The notes below the pieces were generated by a model. It saw nothing but the letters and a program-made list of their open reading frames with translations, searched no databases and had not been told where the DNA came from. Shown in pieces: positions 55,881 to 64,000 of a DNA stretch of 64,000 nt; position 1 is the first letter of the stretch; each line of letters starts with the position of its first letter. The position numbers and the translations under genes are program-made. The DNA lies in contig CAJFEE010000001.1 in assembly GCA_904373265.1 (NCBI GenBank), positions 18,666 to 82,665 on the forward strand, written 5' to 3'. This stretch comes from Candidatus Harrysmithiimonas galli. Lineage in GTDB: Bacteria; Bacillota; Bacilli; CAJFEE01.

Positions 55881-57095
55881 ATGGAAATGGGCGATACGAT
55901 TTTTATGTTTTTATGTACATTGCTTGTATTTATTATGACACCAGGCATTGCGCTGTTTTATGGAGGGATGCTTCGCAGCAAAAATATGCTAAGTACAACT
56001 ATGCATAGCTATACAGCCATCGCACTCGTATCCATTCAATGGGTATTTCTTGGTTATACACTTGCATTTGGAAAAGATGTATTCGGAGTAATCGGTGGCT
56101 TAGATTTTATCGGATTAAAGAATACTGGATTTGAGACCTTAAACGGAACCATTCCAAGCGGATTATTCATGCTGTTTCAAATGATGTTTGCCATATTATC
56201 TGTCGCAATCTTGTCTGGATCCATTGCCGAACGAATGAAATTTGGACCATTTATTATTTTTATTTTGCTGTGGACCACATTGGTATATGATCCGCTGGCA
56301 CATATGATTTGGGGAGGAGGTTTCTTAAGTCAATTAGGCATTCTAGACTTTGCTGGTGGAAATGTTGTTCATATTTCCTCTGGGATATCTGGTTTAATCG
56401 CCGCCATTTTACTTGGAAAACGTTCCAATGCCAAAAATTCTACCCCAAATAGTTTGCCTCTTGCCATTTTGGGTGCAGCCTTGATCTGGGTTGGATGGTT
56501 CGGATTTAATGTTGGCAGTGCTTTAACCTTTAACTCTATTGCAATGAATGCCTTTATTTCAACAATGGTTGCCTCAGCAGCCGGTGCAGTCGGATGGTCA
56601 TTTGTCGAATGGACAACAAAAAGAAAGCCAACTGTTCTTGGTGCCGTATCTGGTGCCATTTCTGGACTCGTTTCCATTACACCAGCATGTGGATTTGTGG
56701 AAATCTTTGCCAGCCTACCGATCGGATTTATTGGCGGAATTGTCTGCTTCTATGGTGTCACCGCAATCAAACAAAAACTTGGATATGACGATACACTAGA
56801 TGCTTTTGGACTACATGGAATCGGAGGAATTTGGGGTGGTATGGCAACTGGACTATTTGCTACCACCAAAGTCAATGAAGCAGGTGCCAACGGTCTTTTT
56901 TATGGAGATCCTAAACATCTGTTAACAGAGTGTATGGGTATTCTTTTTACAATGATCTTCTCTGTTGTGATTACATTCCTGATTTTAAAAGGGATTCAAA
57001 CTTTCACATCACTTCGTGTAAAACCTGAGCAAGAAATGATTGGACTGGATCTTTCCATTCATGGAGAAAAAGCATATGAAAGACCCATTCTATAA
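55881..57095 (+). CDS. amtB: Ammonium transporter AmtB (NrgA)
   Basis: MTPGIALFYGG, FQMMFA, DFAGGNVVH, GWFGFN, ITPACG, DDTLDAFGLHG, HGEKAY. Confidence 0.98.
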   Translation: MEMGDTIFMFLCTLLVFIMTPGIALFYGGMLRSKNMLSTTMHSYTAIALVSIQWVFLGYTLAFGKDVFGVIGGLDFIGLKNTGFETLNGTIPSGLFMLFQMMFAILSVAILSGSIAERMKFGPFIIFILLWTTLVYDPLAHMIWGGGFLSQLGILDFAGGNVVHISSGISGLIAAILLGKRSNAKNSTPNSLPLAILGAALIWVGWFGFNVGSALTFNSIAMNAFISTMVASAAGAVGWSFVEWTTKRKPTVLGAVSGAISGLVSITPACGFVEIFASLPIGFIGGIVCFYGVTAIKQKLGYDDTLDAFGLHGIGGIWGGMATGLFATTKVNEAGANGLFYGDPKHLLTECMGILFTMIFSVVITFLILKGIQTFTSLRVKPEQEMIGLDLSIHGEKAYERPIL

Positions 57096-57113
57096 AAGGA
57101 GGAGAAAATAAAA

Positions 57114-57488
57114 ATGGAGACGAGAATTTATAAAATTGAAATCATTACACGCCCAGAAAACTATGAAGCACTCAAAAAAGAATTGAGTAAAATCGGTATT
57201 ACTGGATTAACCGTATATACAGTTTTAGGTGCTGGCATGTCCCTTGGATTTAAAGAAATCTATCGCGGAAACGAAGTCGAGGTTGATTTAAATCATAAAA
57301 TCAAGCTAGAAATCATTGTATGTGATACACCAATTGAAAATGTGGTTGCAGTGACCAAACAAGTTTGTCAAACTGGAAATTATGGTGATGGAAAAATCTT
57401 TGTTTCACCAATTTTAAACGTCGTAAAAATTCGCACGGGCGAAGAGGGGAAAAACGCACTACAATACGAAGACAAATCACAAAAGTAA
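57114..57488 (+). CDS. glnK: PII nitrogen regulatory protein (NrgB/GlnK)
   Basis: KIEIITRP, YRG, K.KLEI, TG.YGDGKIFV, IRTGEEG. Confidence 0.95.
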   Translation: METRIYKIEIITRPENYEALKKELSKIGITGLTVYTVLGAGMSLGFKEIYRGNEVEVDLNHKIKLEIIVCDTPIENVVAVTKQVCQTGNYGDGKIFVSPILNVVKIRTGEEGKNALQYEDKSQK

Positions 57489-57578
57489 ATTCCCTCTCTT
57501 TTTGTACAATGGATTTACAGAACCTTTTTATCATAAATGCTACAATCAAGCAAACGATTTCTTATGAAATGAGCATTC

Positions 57579-57625
57579 AACCGCTGCCTTTTTCAGATGA
57601 ATTATCCATAAAAAGCAGCGGTTTT
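57579..57625. terminator. Bidirectional terminator
   Basis: AACCGCTGC...GCAGCGGTT between convergent genes. Confidence 0.7.
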
Positions 57626-57708
57626 ACAATAACAATGTCAATCTCAATATTTTTTAAATCATGAATACAATTTATAGGATCTACGCCTTTAGCTTGCCTT
57701 TTAAAAAT

Positions 57709-59553
57709 CTAATCTGTAATTTGTATAGCATACAGTTGCGCCCAATAGTCCAACTGACATAAATATGCCAAAAATTGCGGACCTGTCATCAATTGCCCAA
57801 AAAACGGCAATTGAAATGCAGCACCCTTTGTATCCGCCAATTCATGTAACTTTTTCGCATCGAAAAGTTCATACAAAATGCTGTCTTTATTTTTCAAAAC
57901 CTCTTTTAGCCATCCGGTAACCAGCTCAGTATACAATGGATGATGAGTTTTGGGATATGGACTTTTTTTCCGAAAGACAATGTCCTTTGGCAAATCATTT
58001 TTAAATGCCTCACGTAAAAGACCTTTTTCTCGATTGTTCAAATTTTTCATAGACCATGGAATATTCCATGCATACTCAACCACATGATGATCAGAAAACG
58101 GTACACGAACCTCAAGACTGGCTCCCATACTCGTTCTATCTTTCCGATCCAACAACGTCGGCATAAACCAAACCATATTTAAATAAAATAAAATTCGACG
58201 AAACCGCTCCTCATCCGTTTCTCCATCCAATAATGGAACTTCCTGAACCGATTCCTCATAGCGCATAGACAAATACTCATCAAGCGCCAATTTCTTCTTC
58301 CATCCTTCTTGCAACAATGCTGTCCGCTGACCAATAGAGCGCATCCATGGAAATGTTCCGCTCTCCAAATCCGCTTTGCGATAAAACCACGGATATCCAC
58401 CAAAAATTTCATCTGCACATTCACCAGAAAGTCCAACAACAAAATCTTTTCGAATTTGTTGACAAAACCAATACAGCGAAGAATCAATATCCGCCATACC
58501 TGGAATATCTCGCACCTTTACACTTTCCTTCAATGCATCAAATAGCTCTTGCTGTGTAATTACACAACGATGATGCTTGGTATAAAAAGTATCTGACATT
58601 AGTTGAATAAACCAATCATCAGAATTCGGTTGAAATTCATTCGCACAAAAAAACTGCTCATTGCCCTCATATTCAATAGAATAAGTATGCAGTACTTCTC
58701 CTTTTTCTCGATATGCATTTGCCGCCACAGCCGTTATTAATGAAGAATCCAGTCCACCGGATAGAAACGTACAGAGCGGAACATCTGAAACCAATTGTCG
58801 CTTCACTGCATCCATAATCAGAATTCGCACACGCTCGAGCGTTTCTTCTAAAGAATCCTCATGTGGATAACTGTTTACATTCCAATATCGCCAAATCTTC
58901 AATCCTTTCTTAGAAAAACTGAGCGCATGCCCACCTCGCAGCTCACGCACATCGGTAAAAATTCCATGCCCTGGTGTATGCGATGGACCTAAGCCAATCA
59001 ACTCACATATACCTGAACGATCAATTTTCGCTTCGATCTCTTTGGTTACAAAAAAGCACTTCGGCTCAGAAGCAAATAAAAATTGTCCGGTTTTACAACA
59101 ATAAAAATACGGTTTTACACCAAGTCGGTCTCTTGCTGCAAACAACATTTCTTTTGCAGCATCCCATATAGAAAAGGCATAGATCCCATTGAAATGGTCT
59201 ACACATTTTTCCCCCCATGCAACATATGATGTAAGCAGCACCTCCGTATCTGAATGTGAGGAAAAATGGTATCCTTTCTGCTGCAACGCTTGACGAAGCT
59301 CGTCTGTATTATACAGCTCTCCGTTATAGCAAATCGTATACGTTTTATTGTCCTTTTTAATGGTCATCGGTTGTTTGCCGCCCTCAGGATCAATTACAAT
59401 TAAACGTTTATGTCCAAACGCAACATGTTTATCGAAAAAAAATCCGGTTGCATCTGGACCACGATGAATCATTTTTTCTGTCATTGCCTTTATTTCTTTT
59501 TTCTTTTGCGATAAATCCTGATTAAAATCAACCCAGCCTGTTATCCCACACAT
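57709..59553 (-). CDS. asnO: Asparagine synthetase (glutamine-hydrolysing), AsnO type
   Basis: MCGITG, HRGPD, NGELYN, RDRLGVKP, LSGGLDSS, SGECADE, KDRTSMG.SLEVRVPF. Confidence 0.95.
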   Translation of the reverse strand: MCGITGWVDFNQDLSQKKKEIKAMTEKMIHRGPDATGFFFDKHVAFGHKRLIVIDPEGGKQPMTIKKDNKTYTICYNGELYNTDELRQALQQKGYHFSSHSDTEVLLTSYVAWGEKCVDHFNGIYAFSIWDAAKEMLFAARDRLGVKPYFYCCKTGQFLFASEPKCFFVTKEIEAKIDRSGICELIGLGPSHTPGHGIFTDVRELRGGHALSFSKKGLKIWRYWNVNSYPHEDSLEETLERVRILIMDAVKRQLVSDVPLCTFLSGGLDSSLITAVAANAYREKGEVLHTYSIEYEGNEQFFCANEFQPNSDDWFIQLMSDTFYTKHHRCVITQQELFDALKESVKVRDIPGMADIDSSLYWFCQQIRKDFVVGLSGECADEIFGGYPWFYRKADLESGTFPWMRSIGQRTALLQEGWKKKLALDEYLSMRYEESVQEVPLLDGETDEERFRRILFYLNMVWFMPTLLDRKDRTSMGASLEVRVPFSDHHVVEYAWNIPWSMKNLNNREKGLLREAFKNDLPKDIVFRKKSPYPKTHHPLYTELVTGWLKEVLKNKDSILYELFDAKKLHELADTKGAAFQLPFFGQLMTGPQFLAYLCQLDYWAQLYAIQITD

Positions 59554-59593
59554 ATGATGCCTCCTTCTTCTTGCAATCGCCTATCTAAAAATT

Positions 59594-59621
59594 AGTGTAT
59601 GCAGCTTTTGCAAAAATTGAC
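59594..59621 (-). promoter_or_regulatory. Putative sigE promoter of asnO
   Basis: GTCAATTT-N12-CATACACT; asnO is sigE-dependent in B. subtilis. Confidence 0.55.
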
Positions 59622-59732
59622 TTTCATTTTGCTAAAAAAGAAAATCTACAGCCTACAAACGTTTATCTCTCTATACTAAGCGGCAAAAATAACCTTATAT
59701 AACCAACACAAACAACTTTGGAGGAAAAAAAT

Positions 59733-60302
59733 ATGTTAAACAAATGGAAAAAACATTTTATCCAAACACAAAAAGGTGCTTATAAAAACGCAACACTGGA
59801 AAAAATCGATACCCACTGGCTGATTTTTGATTCCGAAACAGAGGAAGCTTTTTCGTTTACACCAGAAACCTTTGCAGATTTTGAAATCAAAGGATATTTA
59901 AAAGCAATTGATGAATGGGTATCTCTTCAATATTACAGTGAACAATATTTACAAGCGGATGAAAAGCTTTTACCTGTTACAGAAAATATGCCCTTTCGCA
60001 TACAAACCCGCCTCCCTTTTGCCTATGAAGCATGGTTAGCCAAATTGACACATGAACAACTGTTAAAAATCACACAATTTCTGAACGATCTGCACTATTC
60101 ATTATTTGACTGCCTATACTGTCATAACACAGCTTTATTCATGGACACAACAGATGGAACGGGTGTAAATTTTATTTTTTTTGACAATGGATGGCTGCCT
60201 TGCGCCTTATCCCACACTTTTTATTATTCCAACAAAATATTTACAGATAATCAGTTTGATTTTCTATTGGCAAATGGACAAAAATTTCATTTGTCCGATT
60301 AA
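59733..60302 (+). CDS. DUF2777 (YisN-like) protein
   Basis: LN.L.YSLFDCLYCHN, GVNFIFFDN motifs; adjacent to asnO. Confidence 0.75.
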   Translation: MLNKWKKHFIQTQKGAYKNATLEKIDTHWLIFDSETEEAFSFTPETFADFEIKGYLKAIDEWVSLQYYSEQYLQADEKLLPVTENMPFRIQTRLPFAYEAWLAKLTHEQLLKITQFLNDLHYSLFDCLYCHNTALFMDTTDGTGVNFIFFDNGWLPCALSHTFYYSNKIFTDNQFDFLLANGQKFHLSD

Positions 60303-60399
60303 AAATACCCCTCTACCGAAATTTTTATTGGTTTTTTATACACAAAAATGCATATACATGATAGAATAATGCCATTAGAAAATTTTGGGAGGTTTTTAT

Positions 60400-61602
60400 A
60401 TGAGTCAAACAGCTACAAAATCAGAAGAAATCATTTCTGTTACCGAGAAATATGGTGCAAAAAACTATTTACCACTACCCATTGTGGTATCAAAAGGTTC
60501 TGCATGCTGGGTAGAAGATCCCGAAGGCAATAAATACTTGGATTGCTTGTCTGCTTACTCTGCTGTCAACCAAGGACATTGTCATCCACGTATCGTACAG
60601 GCATTAAAAGACCAAGTTGATAAAATTACATTGACATCTCGTGCATTCCATAATGATAAACTTGGTCCTTGGTATGAAAAAGTCGCCAAATTAACTGGAA
60701 AAGATATGGTCTTACCAATGAATACCGGTGCTGAAGCTGTAGAAACTGCTTTAAAAACGGCACGTCGTTGGGCAGTAGACTCTAAAGGTGTAGAAGATGG
60801 GAAGCAAGAAATTATCGCTTGTCTGGATAATTTTCATGGTCGAACCATTGCAACCATTTCCTTATCCTCACATGAAGAATATATTCGCGGCTTTCGTCCA
60901 ACCTTACCAGGTATTAAACTGATTGAATACGGAAATATTGAACAGCTAAAAGAGGCCATTACACCCAATACAGCATGTTTCCTAGTTGAACCAATTCAAG
61001 GCGAAGCAGGCATTTTAATCCCAAAAGATGGTTTCCTCAAAGAAGCACTTGCTGTTTGTAAAGAAAACAACGTACTCTTTATTTCAGACGAAATTCAAAC
61101 CGGGCTTGGTCGTACCGGAAAAATGTTTGCTTCTGATTGGGAAAATGTGGTACCTGACATGTATATTCTAGGAAAAGCATTAGGTGGAGGAATTCTTCCA
61201 ATTTCATGTGTTGCAGCAAATCATGATATTTTAGGAGTTTATGAGCCTGGATCGCACGGATCTACCTTTGGTGGTAACCCGCTTGCTTGTGCAGTTTCCA
61301 TTGCAGCTTTAGATGTTATTATTGATGAGAATCTATGTCAAAAATCCTTGGAATCTGGTACGTACTTAATGAATAAGTTGAAAACCTTAACCGCACCTGT
61401 TATTAAAGAAGTACGCGGACGCGGCTTATTTATCGGTGTTGAACTGCATGAAAAAGCGCGCCCATATTGTGAAAAATTAAAAGATCTCGGATTGCTATGT
61501 AAAGAAACTCATGACAATGTGATTCGCTTGGCACCACCACTTGTGATTACAAAAGAAGAATTGGATTGGGTTTTTGATCAATTCAAAAAAGTATTTGAAT
61601 AA
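60400..61602 (+). CDS. rocD: Ornithine aminotransferase
   Basis: [59 protein letters not shown]. Confidence 0.97.
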   Translation: MSQTATKSEEIISVTEKYGAKNYLPLPIVVSKGSACWVEDPEGNKYLDCLSAYSAVNQGHCHPRIVQALKDQVDKITLTSRAFHNDKLGPWYEKVAKLTGKDMVLPMNTGAEAVETALKTARRWAVDSKGVEDGKQEIIACLDNFHGRTIATISLSSHEEYIRGFRPTLPGIKLIEYGNIEQLKEAITPNTACFLVEPIQGEAGILIPKDGFLKEALAVCKENNVLFISDEIQTGLGRTGKMFASDWENVVPDMYILGKALGGGILPISCVAANHDILGVYEPGSHGSTFGGNPLACAVSIAALDVIIDENLCQKSLESGTYLMNKLKTLTAPVIKEVRGRGLFIGVELHEKARPYCEKLKDLGLLCKETHDNVIRLAPPLVITKEELDWVFDQFKKVFE

Positions 61603-61606
61603 AAAT

Positions 61607-61657
61607 AAAATGCCATCGTAGGCTCTGGTAGAATGGAGCATACAATGGCATTTTTTC
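61607..61657. terminator. Bidirectional terminator
   Basis: AAATGCCATCGTA...TACAATGGCATTTTTT. Confidence 0.7.
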
Positions 61658-61690
61658 AACTTCTATGGCAAAATTTTATGTTATTTATCA

Positions 61691-62113
61691 TTATAACTTC
61701 GGTGTAAAAAGCCTGAAAATAATATAACATTGCAATACAACTCCGAATAAGAAAAGAATCCAACTGATACTCCAAATTTCAAATACAATGCTAATTAAGA
61801 AGTATAAACTAAAAACCATGACCCATAAAAAAATGGAACGAAATATCGTTTTTAAAATTTTATGTGTGGGTTTTCCTTCCTTTCCATACAAACAAAGATC
61901 AGCTTCTTCTATCATTTGAATGGCATCTTTATAATGCTCAATAGCCTCTTGAACTTGATCCATCACAATTTTTTCATCGCCACCGCCTTTGATCGCCAAC
62001 TCATATTGTTTCGTTAAACGTTCTATCATCATGCGTTTTAGCTTCAATGTATACTCATCTCTGGATAAGCCTGTAAATTTTTCATTCAACATTTCACGAA
62101 TTTGTCTTTTCAA
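61691..62113 (-). CDS. Hypothetical protein with N-terminal helical (permease-prefix-like) domain and two C-terminal TM helices
   Basis: 140 aa; YFLISIVFEIWSISWILF C-terminal motif. Confidence 0.7.
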   Translation of the reverse strand: MKRQIREMLNEKFTGLSRDEYTLKLKRMMIERLTKQYELAIKGGGDEKIVMDQVQEAIEHYKDAIQMIEEADLCLYGKEGKPTHKILKTIFRSIFLWVMVFSLYFLISIVFEIWSISWILFLFGVVLQCYIIFRLFTPKL

Positions 62114-62271
62114 TTCCTATTCACCCATCTGATTATTTTTTTCTTTATTATACATGAAAAAAATCTCTGTGTATCTTTAAAAAATGAAATCGACTAAGCC
62201 CATTTTATCCAATCAATCAAAAAACAGAACCTATGTATAAAATATCACAATTTTTTCTGATATCCAAACCT

Positions 62272-63058
62272 GTGAACAACTCTCCACTTTGCTAAACCAA
62301 ACACTTCAGCATACTTGTTCACATATTTCTTTACCAGTAGAGGTTTCTTTTATTCACTAAACTATCTATGTCCTTCAAAAAAGAAAAACTTTCTTATATT
62401 GTATTGAAATAGAAAAATCTCATTTTCTTACAAACATCCTATTTTACTTTTAGCTACATGAACCTATAGCTTGATAGATAAAATAAAACAAAGAATATTT
62501 TTATTATTTTTATAAATAAATTATAGAGCCATCGACTTTTAATCATTCCATAAGTTTCCTTTATTCTCTAATTTGTAATGATTGAATCACTTGAATATAC
62601 TCTTCATAGCTTCTGTTGATGCACATCAGCTAATTAGAAGACAAAAACTTTTAGATCCAAATACTTCTTTCTAAAGGTATTTTTACGCTTGAGACATCAT
62701 ATTTTATCGGACAAGAGCGCGACTTTTATCAGCATGGATGAATTTTGTCATCTCTGAATGAAGATGTACCCTAAACAAAATATGTATATGATCAACATCA
62801 TAACTTTAGTTAACCAACGTTATTATTGTAGCTCTCAGATCATTATATAAACATGTCTTTTGTATAGTCTGATCTATCATCAAGTACACTTTTTCTGTAT
62901 TTCACAACGCATACAATAAAAGACTGAATGATTATGACGGTCTAATTTTCATGATGATATCCGTTCATTTCTTGTATAAACTGTGACTACACATAGCATA
63001 AAAAAAGAGACGAGCCATCACAACACCTATAAAGGTGAGCGATTTCTCGCCAAGGATA
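62272..63058 (-). mobile_element. Internally deleted IS605-family remnant (no intact gene)
   Basis: Plus-strand GTGAACAACTCTCCACTTTGCTAAAC matches the right end at 32727; tnpA 5' relic (..HNHSVF..VVKYRK) at about 62880-62953; terminal hairpin GAGCCATCACAACACCTATAAAGGTGAGCGATTTCTC. Confidence 0.7.
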
Positions 63059-63109
63059 TAAAAATATGGAGACTGTCATAGAATCTGAACCAAGGCATGT
63101 ACAAAATTT

Positions 63110-64000
63110 TTATTTCGCATCGACTTGGTTAGAAAAATTATGTACCCTCGTTTTTTGTTTTGGATATACGAAGGTAAAAATTAAACCAGCTACCGATAAA
63201 AGATAAATCAATTGATTAAACGGATAAGGCAATAAAAGGACACCAAAAAGCTGTACAGAATAAATCACTGTCCACATGAATGTAATATGCTGATTAATCT
63301 TGTAAAACAAATGACTGCTGACTACAAAAGATGGATAATCATGCCTTGTATACTGAATGGTTAGCGGTTTTCTTATCATTAAACTGCCACACCAAACCAA
63401 AATCAAAATTCCATTTATTAAAATCGTCATTTGGGTGTCAGATAAAATATGAAATGCAGACAACATACCATACAAACCCATAGCAAATAAGATTGTACCC
63501 TCTAAAATGGTTATCTCACGTGCATACTTTGGTTTAATGAAAAACAACAATAAAACCATATAAATGGTACCTACACTGGAAATCATTTCCGCTGGTATAA
63601 AATGTCCGCCTGCCCAATAAAAAATCCAAGGTACAAACGTACACAAAATGAGCCATTCCGCTTTTACAGTTCTCTCCTTTTGCTTCGATATGGTTTTAGA
63701 CGGAGCCAAAACAGGAAATAAATCTGGAATTTTCATAAAGGCATCCATATCACCTTCAATTTTTAATTCTCCTGTTCGAACGGCAAAATCACCACTTAAC
63801 TCACCAAAGGAAATCTTTTTCCATATGTTAAAATCAACTCTGATTGTTGCATGAGCCACCAATTGCTGTTCCGAAACATATACTTTTGCCTGTGTATTTT
63901 TTACTTCAATATAATAATCGTATTTTTCGTTAAAAACAAAATGATAACGAAGCTTCAAATCTTTGGCTGCAGTTCGATTGATACCTTCACACATACCAAT
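63110..64000 (-). CDS. C-terminal part of an SCP2 (sterol carrier)-domain protein fused to a multi-TM domain; 5' end lies outside the window
   Basis: ATIRVDFNIWKKISFGELSG..AV..GELKIEGD (SCP2), then TM helices with PLTIQY..F.KINQHITFMW. Confidence 0.75.
   Translation of the reverse strand: MGMCEGINRTAAKDLKLRYHFVFNEKYDYYIEVKNTQAKVYVSEQQLVAHATIRVDFNIWKKISFGELSGDFAVRTGELKIEGDMDAFMKIPDLFPVLAPSKTISKQKERTVKAEWLILCTFVPWIFYWAGGHFIPAEMISSVGTIYMVLLLFFIKPKYAREITILEGTILFAMGLYGMLSAFHILSDTQMTILINGILILVWCGSLMIRKPLTIQYTRHDYPSFVVSSHLFYKINQHITFMWTVIYSVQLFGVLLLPYPFNQLIYLLSVAGLIFTFVYPKQKTRVHNFSNQVDAK

Overview
AT-rich chromosomal segment of a spore-forming Bacillales-like bacterium. The backbone is conserved Bacillus-type synteny: pyk-pfkA-accA-accD-malic enzyme-dnaE-nrnA-ytoI-usp-ackA-ytxK-ytfJ/I-sspA-thiI-iscS-ezrA-refZ-rpsD-tyrS (with T-box), followed by yitU/yitT/cvfB/yajQ, amtB-glnK, asnO and rocD. 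The left arm carries an NSS transporter with its small subunit, bioY (BirA box), a CNNM protein, yerB, dps (Per box) and cotJABC. The long intergenic gaps are mostly fossils: several decayed IS200/IS605 elements and eroded genes (GntR/FadR-like, YitV-like), consistent with ongoing genome decay. The best candidate for an undescribed system is an accessory minus-strand operon at 13.9-18.2 kb: IbrA/YbdN-like PAPS-reductase (DUF3440), IbrB/YbdM-like ParB-N protein, SNF2 helicase and an XRE-type HTH, preceded by twin palindromic operators. It may be a DNA-modification or defence module. Other notable items: an IS605 element inserted between the -35 and -10 of the reconstructed ytoI-nrnA promoter that retains its omega-RNA end, a lipoprotein gene frameshifted at an (AT)6 tract, and an uncalled Cys-rich microprotein at the head of the cotJ operon. 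All family assignments come from motif recognition by eye; no database searches were run.
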